Below the pieces are notes generated by a model. That model saw nothing but the letters and a program-made list of their open reading frames with translations, was not told where the DNA came from and searched no databases. A DNA stretch of 64,000 nt from Octopus sinensis (lineage: Eukaryota): assembly GCF_006345805.1 (NCBI RefSeq), contig NW_021824954.1:62001-126000 (forward strand), written 5' to 3'. Both the position numbers and the translations under genes were made by a program. This document shows, one piece after another, positions 1 through 11,931 of the stretch; positions within the stretch are counted from its first letter, which is position 1; every line of letters begins with the position of its first letter.

Positions 1-467
1 TGACCTTCAAACGTTGGGTCTCACAGAGGCAATGACGAAAGACCGAGACCTCTGGAGATATGCTATGACTGCAAAAACCTGACAAATAACGTGAGTTCAT
101 GGCTGTTTCCTGCACCAGCTTCACATAGAAGCCCCAGCCCATCCAAAGTGCCTTGGATTGCTGGACGGCCTACTGTGCTTACCTTGGATCGTAGGGCGAC
201 CTGCTGTGCTTGAAGAGACCTATTGAATCAAGTACATCAACATCAAAAAATCAAATGGAAATTGTAGTTGTGATACCTGTGCAGGTGGCACGTAAAAAGC
301 ACTCACTACACTCACGGAGTGGTTGGCGTTAGGAAGGGCATCCAGCTGTAGAAATACTGCCAGATCAGACTGGAGCCTGGTGCAGCCTCCTGGCTTCCCA
401 GACCCCAGTCAGACCGTCCAACCCATGCTAGCATGGAAAACGGACGTTAAACGATGATGATGATGAT
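1..467 (+). mobile_element. 3' end of RTE-clade LINE (ORF2 C-terminus, 3' UTR, (GAT)n tail)
   Basis: Frame 2 reads DLQTLGLTEAMTKDRDLWRYAMTAKT* (2-82), a typical RTE C-terminus. The UTR block at 320-460 matches 56600-56750, the end of the RTE at 53.8-56.7 kb. Ends in gatgatgatgat. Confidence 0.8.
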
Positions 468-561
468 ATATATATATATATATATATACCGGAGTAAACA
501 CATAAATGTGAAACAAGGTGGAAAAAAGAGTACTCAAATACCAGTGGTAGAGTAATATGCT

Positions 562-659
562 TTATTTTAAGCAGCAGATTAAGTTTAATCTGCTTAATTA
601 AGATTAAACTTAATCTGCTGCTTAAAATAAGATTAAACTTAATCTGCTGCTTAAAATAA
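562..659. repeat. Perfect ~30-bp inverted repeat with one arm tandemly duplicated, between (TA)n tracts
   Basis: ttattttaagcagcagattaagtttaatct (~561-590) is the reverse complement of agattaaacttaatctgctgcttaaaataa (601-630 and again 630-659). Confidence 0.9.
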
Positions 660-660
660 A

Positions 661-1010
<350 letters not shown>

Positions 1011-3689
1011 CGATTGAAAAATGCAGAAAAGTTTTTTTAGAAAAATCCGCGTAAAACACCTTTTTTCCTGGTTTCTCGCTTTATGCGGGAGCTCAGGGCA
1101 AAATGTTATAGTTGATTACCATCCTTGGCACATAAGTAATGTGTGTACAAAGTTTGGTGAAAATTGGTTGAAAACTGTAGAAATGCATATGTACTATACA
1201 CACACAGACACATCCTTTGTTTTATATATAGAGATATTTCTCTCATCATTTATAACTTGATATATGTGCACACACAATCAACAGTTAAGCTTTACGTACA
1301 CACGTGCATACATATATACATACACATAAACACACAAATATATATATATGCATGCATGTGTGTGTAACAATTTATGTAACATTTCATTTTGTAACAGAGA
1401 GAGGGAAAGCAGAAACAATGACAGCCCAACAACGATTGCAAATACACCGATACACTGATGTGGTTGCGTGCGCGCACACAGAAAAATGCAAGTACTTCTC
1501 AATTTATAAATGTACATATTGGTTGACGGATAGAAGCACGCGTCAACATTCATCTAAAGATTGCACTCTTGCAAATGTTAATAGCATAATTATACAGATG
1601 AGAAAAAAAATTGTGTTCAGGTGACTCAAAAATTATTCAGATATAAATAAGAATAGAGAGAAGAAATGAGGAACGAAGAAGGGAGATACACAAGGAAAAG
1701 CGAACAAATAGAAAGGGTTAGAAGTATACGCTCTCGCAGATGCAGGTAGCGATAAAGATCGATAAAGATGAGTGAGACATGAACAAAAGTAAGCATGAAT
1801 GAGGAGACAGAGAAATTCAGAGTGAAAGAGTTTGGGCGGTAGAGAGGTAAAAAATTGGAATGTAAAGGAGAAAATGAGGGAGATCGTATTAAACATTCTA
1901 ATGGAAGAAATCTTTCTCCATTTTTAAGGAAAATAAATAATGTACAGAGACCAAGTCAGCTCTGACCGAGTAGATCTATGAACGAATACGTTACAGATTG
2001 TGGCTATTTCAGCTTATTTATCTAGCACTGCATTATCTAATGTTCCTTTCCTGATTTCAAAAGATGTTATAGGACTTGAAGATTTGGCTACTATTCCTAA
2101 TAAAGTAAACGATAATAATTTTAATCATGAAAAGTACGATAAAGAGAAGAGAGTGAAGAATGATTTTTTTCAAAATGCGAATTATAAATGCTTCGGAATG
2201 TGGAATACTATAAAATGTCGAAAAAAATGAAAAAGAAAAAAAAATTTAATCGTGACGCGATGAATGGAGGTTGAGACGTTTGAAAAACATGGACTAAAAT
2301 ATTTTAAATGAATATCCTCTCCCCACTTAGTGTTTTAAGACGTGAGATACTATAAAATATGGAAAATTCCGAAACTAATTCCGGTTGCTGTGTGACAGCT
2401 ATTCTGAAAGTTCGTATAAGAACGGATTGTTGGAAAGAGAAAAGGTTACAAGAGGAGAAGGGGGAAAGATCGATAGGAAACTAGGTTTGGGCAGGAAATA
2501 TGTGGAGTTAAGTTACTATTCTAGAAAGACTGAAACTCTAATTTCTCAAATGCTGCTATGAAGTAGAATCTGAACATTCGATCCTTGTCGTTTTTCTCAA
2601 ATTCTCTCATTCATTTTCACTATTTTCTCTCTCCATTCCTCTTTCTCTCATATTACCTCATGTCTTTTTCTAATTCCCTATTCCTTTTTCATCTCTTTCT
2701 TTTTCCTGTTTATATCTCCCCGTCTTAGTTTTTCCTTTCTTTCAATCTAACTTTTATGTACAGGTGTAAATAAACTTTCTTTGACCTTTGACCCCCAATC
2801 CCACTACATTTCAATAGTCCCATTGTGTGTAATTAAACCTACAACGACAAGTCACAGACCGATTTAATTTCTACCCTTGTTTGCCTATCGACTCCAATCT
2901 TTATCTATCGCCCATTCCTACCATCATATTGTTACCGCCATTTCCCCACTACCCACGCAAAAAAATATGGAGTCTCGTTGGTGTAGAAATAATAACTGAA
3001 TCCCCTTTAAATTACGCCCAGTCAATTTAAAGATACACTGGACAATGTTATGCCAGTCTGATGTTAAAAAAGGCCAATTGTCATGGGTGGGACTAAACAA
3101 CTACAACAGCTTTCCGATTCTCTCCGTCTACCTTCTACATCATATACACTACTCCTTACCCTATCAAAAGTAACTGTTTTGGCGATCTTAAGCAATATAA
3201 AATGGTTGACTACAAAGTGATAGGAAGTGAGTGAGAAGCTCATTATATATATCCTGTATGTGTGTAGATGAAATATTCTCATACACTCATAATTTCCTGT
3301 TTTCAAGATCAGAAATAGTGACAAGAGTTTTAAACAGTTATTAGTTTTACCTTAAGTTATACATATATAGGTATCATGTAAACCAATGAAAACCAACGAC
3401 CAATCCTACTTGGAGAAGAGGTAGGCATCACTAGGTTGACTGCCACTGAAATATACTGCTGTACACATATGGCCTCCTTGACTACGGATTTGGGATTGAC
3501 TAATAGCAATCTGAAAAACTTAATTAAGTATCGTTTATTAATTTGGTATGGAATGGTAGAGCATTAACCCCCCCCCCCCCCGAAAAAAAAACAAACCTTG
3601 CAGTATTTATCTACGAGCCCTATATGCTCTAAGTTCAAATTCCGCTGAAGCCAATTTCATCTTTCATCCTTTTTTACTCAATAAAGGGA

Positions 3690-4840
3690 CAAGAATTGGC
3701 GAATGTAAAGCGCGTGCACTTCGGTTTTTTTTCCTCAAAAAATTTCTTCGGATTTCTAGGTTTTCGATATAGGAGAATACGATTTTGCCCAAAATCACGT
3801 TTGCAAAATTTTAATTACCCCCTCCCCATCCCTTTTTCTTAATTTTTAACTTTTTCGAATTTTGTTTTTTAATCCATGTAGAAAAATACAGAGATTATGA
3901 ATCTGGGAATTTTTTTTAATTTAAAATTTTCTTAAAGAAACACGCAATGCCCCTTCCCTTACCTCGCCTACCCATCACCTCTCCACTTTCAAAAAGCTAA
4001 AAACTCTGTTTTACTTTCGTTTGATATTAGTTTTACCTTGCGTAGAATTCTATTGAAATAGCAGATGTCAAAAATATCAGACCACCACCAGAAAACCCAA
4101 CATGCTAGAAACAACAGCTAAAGGACATTATTTCTGAAAAAAAAACTTCCCTACTTTCAAAAAAGCTAAAAGTGAAATATTCGGAGTTTTTAGCTTTTTG
4201 AAAGGTAGGGGGGGGGGGGAAGTTGGGGTAGGGGATTTGAGTGTTTCTTTAAGAAAAATAAATTAAAAAATTCTCAAAGATTAATAATCTCTGTATTTTT
4301 CTATGTGGATCACTAAAAAAAATTTGAAAAAAGCTAAAAATTTAAAAATTGGGGTGGGGAGGGGGAAATGAAAAATTTGAAAACATGTTTTTGGGGCAAA
4401 CATAGAAATCCAAAGAAATTTTGGAAAAAAAAAGGATGGGGGTGCAAATGTCACACCCAACATGTTAGAAACAACAGCTAAATGACACAATTTCTGAAAA
4501 AACTTCCTTTTAAGTTTATATCGAAGATCAGGTTTTAAATATGCTCATCACAAACACGAATTACAAAATAAAGAAATGGTCATTTCAATTGAGCTGTAAT
4601 TTTATCTCTTTCTCTCACTTTTTCATTAGAATGTATCATGGCACTATGTTGTCACCAAAATGTTAAAACTGACTGAAGCACGTACTAAAACTCCTCATAA
4701 CTTTATTTTTAAGAATTTTCAGAAATTTCTTTTCGATTCTGTCTACTGCATAATGGAATTAATACAATTATCTAATAACATTTTTTAAGTATTTCCCCAC
4801 CCTACCCCACTAATTCAAAAACTTACCACTGTTCTTCGAT
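3690..4840 (+). repeat. Left copy of a ~1.1-1.5 kb unclassified repeat with internal inverted symmetry
   Basis: Blocks 3730-3910, 4040-4140, 4520-4670 and 4670-4830 match the reverse complement of 11000-11150, 10750-10860, 10245-10400 and 9760-9930. Confidence 0.75.
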
Positions 4841-4861
4841 TCTTAAAAATATTTTTGGTTT

Positions 4862-7800
4862 TAAATAATAATAATAATAATAATGAAATTATTGTATACA
4901 GTGCTCAGGTGCACCACAACTTGTCAAAAGTGCATATAAAGCATATGTAGTAATGTACAAATGTCTGGAAAATGAACAGCGTATGAGTCAGATACATGCT
5001 TGCATGTGTATGGAGGGGAGAAAATCAGGTGTAGTGTTGGCGAATCTCAGGAAGCATGGAAGTTTTGAAGGATGCAGCGCTCCGACAACTAACAACTGAT
5101 GCAGGCAGGTTGTTCCAATACTTTAGCAACTCTTAGCGTGAAAAAAAGTTTCCAAAAGTCATGGGAGGTGGAGTTTGAAAAGGTGCTCAGAGTTATTGTT
5201 TGTAAGATGGTTGATAATTTTACGGGTGTCTGCCAAGTCAGCTGCCAGACGTCGGAGCTTCAATGTATCCATGCCCAGGGAAGAAAGGCGTTCAGAATAT
5301 GGCAGATGCCTGATGGAGGGTATTCTCTTGGTTGCACGTCGCTGAACGGCTTCCAGACAATTAATATCCTGTGCAAGATAGGGGTTCCAGACCGGTGATG
5401 CAAATTCCAGGTGAAGTCGCACCATAGCTATATAAAGCCGCAGTTAGATAGCCGGAGGGCGGCTCGCAAAGGACTTGGTGAGTGATATCAAGACACCCTC
5501 AGCCTTCTTGGCAATTTTAGCAACGTGTTTTGTCCAACGCAAATCACTTTCGACAATAATGCCCAGGTCACGTTCACAAGAAGACTTTTTGAGATTAGTG
5601 TTGTGGAGGGAGTAAGTAGATGCTGGGTTTTTCCTCACCAAATGCATGCTGGTACATTTGTCCACAGCCAGCTTGAGTTGCCAGTCCATGATCCACTGCT
5701 GCATTGTGTCCAGGTCTGATTGCAATAAAGATCTATAGTGTATAGGTATACTCTTTATTTCGAAGTACAGCTTGATGTGATCTGCATATTTCAGCACTGT
5801 GGCATTCTTTAAGTTGACATCTATGTCATTAACATATGCAACAAATAAAAGGAGGCCAAGAACAGATCCTTGTGGTACACCAGATGTCATCTCATAGGGT
5901 GAGAGTGCTGTCCTAGAACTGTGAGAACCTCTTTTCAGCCAATAATGAAGGACTTCAACTAGTTATAGCGATCATCTCTTACACCCATTGCAGAGAGTTT
6001 CACCGTAAGTCTTTTGTGTGGCACAGAATTAAAAGCCTTAGCAAAGTCCAGGTGAACAACTTCCACCCAGAATCCGCGATTAGTGATTCGGGTAATGTCC
6101 TCAAGAAACTCAAGTTGATTACAGCAGCTGGAATAAAACCAAATTGTGACGGCTGGATGAGGCTGTGAGACTTCCAGAAGTTCCAGAGGGTCTCTCTGAT
6201 ACAGGATTCCATCAGTTTGGCAATGCAGCTAGTAAGACTAACGGGACGATAGTTGACAGGCGATGTGCGGTCACCTTTTTTGAACAGAGGGATAACACTG
6301 GCAGTTTTCCACTGCTCTGGAGTAACACCATTGTCAAGACAGAATTGAAAGAATAGTGAAAGTTGGTTTAGAAGAAAGTACCCACCACGTTTGAGAAGTA
6401 GGTATGTAACACCATCGAGACCAGGAGAGGCATAGTTACGTTTATTCTTAAGGTGGCGTTGTAGCATTGCTGGTGTAAATTTCATAGTAGTTATAGAGTC
6501 CGGTGACAGAGGTGATGGGGATGGAACATTTTGATCTTCGACAGTAAAGATGCCTGCATAGCATCCAGCAATGATTTCTGCACATTCTTTGGGATTGCCA
6601 GTAATCTGCCCTGTGTGGGGATTGCGAAGGAGACCAACGGGAGAGTGAGGTCTCTGCTTTGAATGTATATACTTCCAGAACACTTTGCTGTCAGGGTTGG
6701 CTGCTATGCATTGTTCGAATTCAAGCACTGCCTTTTTTGTCACCTGCTTGAGATGGTTGGCTGATCTATTGCGCTTTTTCCTGTTGATCTCTGATGTGTG
6801 CAATTTGTATTCCTGTTCAGCATTACGGCGTTCTTTCCCGGCAAGTCGGACTGCTGCAGTTTCCCAAATTGCACTATTGGGTGGATTTTGTGCTTGCGTG
6901 GCACCGATGCTGCACATGTCATCCATATTGAATTCAGAATGTTCTGAAGTATAGTGTTTACATCTCCAGACATAAAATTCGAGCCAGTTTGGGCGTCGCA
7001 GCTTGGTACAATAAGAGCTCCAGTCTGCTTTATTCCAGTCAAAACGGGCAGTTTGAATATGGTTGTGGTTTTTGTTACAACCAATCAGAGACAAGTCGGC
7101 CATGATCATGGAATGATCAGAGTCACCTAAAGGTTCTTCAGTAGTGACACTAACAGTTGTTTTAGGAGACGTGGTAAATAGCAGATCCAAAGTGTTGTTA
7201 CCCCTTGTGGAGGAGGTAACGACTTGGGACCAATTTGAATACCAGTTCAAGGAATTCGTCTGCACTTTGCGGCCCACGGAAGGCCTCCCAGTCAATCTCA
7301 GGGAAATTGAATTCCCCTGCAATATAAACATAAGTGGCTGTTTTCCTGGCAGCAGCTCTGAGGATAATTTTGTTTGGGTGGGGGGCGGTAAACAACTCCA
7401 AGTAGAAGTGTTGACATGGTCATGTGTATATTGCAGAAAAATACTTCCTGTTGAGATTGAGTGCAGAATGTGCCCATGTTTCCATGACTGTGATGAAATC
7501 TGGGTCAATACTTTTGATGTAAGAGTCAAAAAGATGTACCTTGTTGCATAAACTACGGGCATTTACGGGCAACAGTTTGTATCTGGATTTTAGATGGCGA
7601 TGATATACAGGGGATGGCTGATTGTTCTTGTTCAGTTTCCCATGATTTTTGTATTGCCAGTTATTGTGGGTGCAGTTTGCTCAGACCAACTGATATCCCT
7701 TATCCACGACTCACCAGGCTTGATGAATTTCCATATTTGCCCATCGTCACGTAGGCTAAAGCTTTCCTGTGGCACAGAGTTGCAATTTAGGGAAGCTACA

Positions 7801-8320
7801 GATTTTAGCTTTGGGCATACATCAGGTGGTAGGCCAGGACGTGTCCTAAAGGTAATTCTGTTTACGCACCAAGCCCTATCAGCAGCTAGATGGTATGCCC
7901 GCGCCTCGGTAGAGTTCGAAAACAACAGCCTAATCAATCTGGGTTTGGATCCTGGTCAGCCAAGGCGGAAAGCACTTTTTGGAGGAACACAGCTTAGGTC
8001 CTTAGATGTGTTGCTAGTAAATGCCTGTAGATCTACCACATCTTCCGATACTCCGATGGCAATTACCTCATGAGTGGTTGATTCAGTAACTTCCTCGATG
8101 CGTTGAGGTTCCATAAGAGCTATGGTTAAATTGCTGAGCAAGGCACTCCGATACGATCCCTCATTGTGAGGTTTTGCACACTAGTTTTGATTCCTGCTAT
8201 TTTGTGGCTTAAAGCAGAAATCCTTTGTCGAATTTCCGCAACTTCTGTACTGATGGCCGATTTTTGTTGATGTTGAGAAGTATCGGGAGACAGACAGTTT
8301 AATTCTGCCATTTGTTTCTC
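4862..8320 (-). mobile_element. Near-full-length CR1-group LINE, frameshifted (ORF1 plus APE-RT ORF2)
   Basis: ORF2 pieces: APE (TRGNNTLDLL, GDSDH), RT (PLFKKGDRTSPVNYRPVSLTS, SGVPQGSVLG, KYADHIKL) and CR1-type C-terminus (HLEFASPVWNPY..LEAVQRRATK). ORF1 pieces at 8311-7630 (coiled coil, AFRLG, RLIRLLF). (TTA)n tail at 4862-4883. Confidence 0.88.
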
Positions 8321-8732
8321 TTTATAATTTTCAAATAATTTTTTAAATACTTTGAAATCAAAATTGTTGCAAGTTTGTTTAAGAAAAAATCATTTACTAA
8401 CAGAAAATTATGTTATTAAAATAAATTATCTCTAACATACCTTTAAATTGTTGTGAGAAAAACATTTACTTACAGAATTATGTTATGAAAATAGATTATC
8501 TGTAACATACCTTTAAATTATTGCGGATAAAGTACTAAAACTCAAAAACTTGCCCATGAAGTGTACAATCCAAATTTCAATGTGATTGTGACCTTCTTGC
8601 TAGGGGTTACTCTTATCTCGAAAAAACGACAGGGGTCTTTTTTGTAAGAAATAAAGAGAGAGTACGTATTGTGTCATTCTTTCAATTTTCCCGGCAAAGG
8701 AAGTTTTGCATACTTGCAGTATATGACAACAC

Positions 8733-9506
8733 AAAAGGCGGTGAGCTGGCAGAATCGTTAGCATGCCGGGTGAAATGCTTAGCAGTATTTTGTCTGCTGC
8801 TACGTTCTGAGTTCAAATTCTGCAGCGGTTGACTTTGCCTTTCATCCTTTCGGGGTCGATTAAATAAATACCAGTTACGCACTGGAGTCGATGTAATCGA
8901 CTTAATACCTTTGTCTGTCCTCGTTTGTCCTCTCTGTGTTTAGCCCCTTGTGGGTAGTAAAAAAATAGGTATTTCGTCTGCCGCTACGTTCTGAGTTCGA
9001 ATTCCGCCAAGGTCGACTTTGCCTTTCATCCTTTCGGGGTTGATAAATTAAGTACGCACTGGGATCAATATAATCGACTTAGTCCGTCTGTCTGTCCTTG
9101 TTTGTCTCTTCTGAGTTTAGCCCCTTGTGGGTAGTGAAGAAATAGGTATTTCGTCTGCCGCTACGTTCTGAGTTCAAATTCTGCCGAGGTTGACTTTGCC
9201 TTTCATCCTTTCGGGGTCGATGAAATGAGTACCAGTTACGCACTGGGGTCAATATAATCGACTTAATCCGTTTGTCTGTCCTTGTTTGTTCTCTCTGTGT
9301 TTAGCCCCTTGTGGGTAGTAAAGAAATAGAAATAGGTATTTCATCTGTCTTTAGGTTCTGAGTTCAAATTCCGCTGAGGTCGACTTTGCCTTTCTTCTTT
9401 TTGGGGTTGATAAATTAAGTACCAGTTGTGTGCTGAGATCATTGTAATCGACTGGCTCCCACCATCAAAATTTCGGGCCTTGTGCCTAGAGTAGAAAAGA
9501 AAAGAA
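8733..9506 (+). mobile_element. Tandem tetramer of tRNA-derived SINE (family A) with 13-bp TSD
   Basis: A-box-like tggcagaatcgttag, B-box gagttcaaattcc and core ctttgcctttcatccttTCggggtcgataaa, with core repeated 4 times at ~180-bp period. tatatgacaacac at 8720-8732 and 9507-9519. Confidence 0.88.
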
Positions 9507-9639
9507 TATATGACAACACGACAAAGAATGGTCTCATCAAAAACCAGAAACGCTGGAAGTGGTAATAATTTAAAGGTATTTTAGAGATAATTTATCTTAA
9601 TGACATAATTTTCTGTTACACAAACACACAAGACTCGAT

Positions 9640-11205
9640 AGTGGAAAGTTTGGGAATTAGTGGCGGGGTGGAGGTGTAAAATATTAAAAAAAAAATTCTT
9701 TTTATTGGATAATCATATTAATTCCATTGAGAAAACCAAGAATAAAAACAATAAAAAAGACAGTGGAAAGTTTTGGAATTAGGGTGTTAGGGCATAGAGA
9801 ATATTTTTAAAAAATGGTGGGAGGGGGATAATCATATTAATTCCGTTATGCAGAAGACAGAATCGAAAAAATTTTGTGAAAATTCTTAAAAATAAAACAG
9901 TTATGAGGGGTTTTACATGCTTCGATCAGAACTCCACCAAAAGGTCCTTTCAATTGAAGTTGAGCTGTAATTTTGCATGTGCACACAGTAAGAAATAACA
10001 TAATTCATACTGAAATTTTACCTAGAGTATGTGTGGGGCGTGCAAAAGAAGTTATTTTTACATACTGTTCTTAATTTCAAAAGAAGAAAAAATTGAACAA
10101 TACTTTCAAAATATGTATACATAAATATTGTATTAAAATAAGTCATCTTTGCAGACCATGTTTGAAATTATCTATATAATTGAAAGCAAAGTGTGTATAA
10201 AATGAAATTAAATCCAGGTTTAGTCACAGATCAATCAAGTTAGTAAAGTTTTAACATTTTTGTGACAACATTGTGTGTCAATACATTTTGATGAAAAAGT
10301 GAAAGAAAGAGATAAAATTACAGCTCAACTTCAATTGAAATGCCCTATTTTGATTTTGTAATTTGTGTTTGTGATGAGTGTACTTAAAAACCTCATCTGC
10401 GATATAAACTAAAGAAATCATGTCGTTTAGCTCTTGTTTCTAACATGTCAGAGGTGACATTTGTGCCCCATCTTTTTTTTGTCCAAAATTTCTTCGAATT
10501 TCTAAGTTTTTGATTTAGGAGATAATATTTGCCAAAAAAACATGTTTTCAAAATTTTAATTTCCTCCCTCTCTACCCCAATTTTTTGTAATCCATGTAGA
10601 AAAATACAGAGATTACAAATCTTTAAGAATTTTTTTTTTTTTTGTAAAGAAACACTCAAATCCCCTTCCCCAATTTCCACCAATCACCTCTCCACTTTCA
10701 AAAAGCTAAAAACTCCAAATATTTCACTTTTAGCTTTTTTGAAAGTGAGGAAGTTTTTTTCAGAAATAAAGTTCTTTAGTTGTTGTTTCTAGCATGTTGG
10801 GTTTTCTAGTGGTGGTCTGATATTTTTGACATCTGCTATTTCAGTAGAATTCTACGTGTGCGTGAAACATCAGACAAAAGTGAAATATTCAGAGTTTTTT
10901 TGTGTTTTGAAAGTGAGGTGATGGGTGGGAGATAATTGCATGGAAAATTCAAATTATGAAAAAAATTTCCAGATTCGTAATCTCTGTATTTTTCTACATG
11001 GATTAAAAAACAAAATTGAAAAATAGTTTAAAATTAAGGAATTGGGATGGGAAAGGGGAAACGAAAATTTTGTAAACGTGATTTTTGGGCAAAATTGTAA
11101 TCTCCAATATAGAAAACATAAAAATCTGACAAAAATTTGGAAAAAAAAAATAAATAAGCGATAGTAGGTGGTGTGCATGAGCTTTACTTTTGCCAAAGAA
11201 TTTAC
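9640..11205 (-). repeat. Right, inverted copy of the unclassified repeat at 3690-4840
   Basis: Block-wise reverse-complement similarity to 3690-4840. Confidence 0.75.
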
Positions 11206-11704
11206 CATGATTCATTTTCAAATACTTAGATGTGATTGCAATTGAAACTGACTTGTTTGGTAATCTCCATAAATATTCATACATTAAATGTCAATAAATT
11301 AATGAAATGGGAGTTTGAATGTTACTTGATTTGTCTGTATAAGGATAGTTTGAATAGATTTTCTATTGATCATAGGTCTGTTGAATTAGAACTCTTCTAT
11401 CTTGTTACACTCAATGGCTTAGCATAACTTTGACCTCTATGGGCCAATGATGCCTGCTAGGAGTAGCAGCCAAATTTTCCTTCAAATCACACTCCATCGT
11501 CTTGAAATGGAGCAGACATTGAACAGTGTAGTAAATATACAAAAAGACAGGCAGGTCATGGATGAAACACCTTTGCAGAGACAAAGAACATCAACTTTGA
11601 CAAGGTAACCCATACTTGAAAGTGTTGAGTATTCATTTTGAAAATGTGTTGCCGAATTAGTTTTCCTCTCTCTTGTTTTTAATCTGAAAATATGTATAGG
11701 TTGA

Positions 11705-11927
11705 AGGTGGCCAGCAGACAGAATTGTTAGCACGCCAGGCAAAATGCTTAGTGGCTTTTCATCTGTTTTTATGTTCTGTATTCAAATTCCGAATTCCGCT
11801 AAGGTTGACTTTGCCTCTCATCCTTTCAGAGTTGATAAAATAAGTACCAGTCAAGTGCTGGGATTCATGTAATTGACCAGCCCCATCTTCTGAAATTGCT
11901 GGACTTGTACCAAAATTTGAAACCAAT
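11705..11927 (+). mobile_element. tRNA-derived SINE family A, alternative 3' tail
   Basis: Head aggtggccagcagacagaattgttagc, B-box gtattcaaattcc, core gactttgcctctcatcctttcagagttgataaaataagtaccag. Confidence 0.8.
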
Positions 11928-11931
11928 ATAC

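Noticed and set aside
8733-9506. Regular ~180-bp repeats, superficially CRISPR-like or tRNA-gene-like
   Set aside because: Whole units repeat with no unique spacers and no cas genes. A/B boxes are present but there is no cloverleaf, so this is a SINE multimer.
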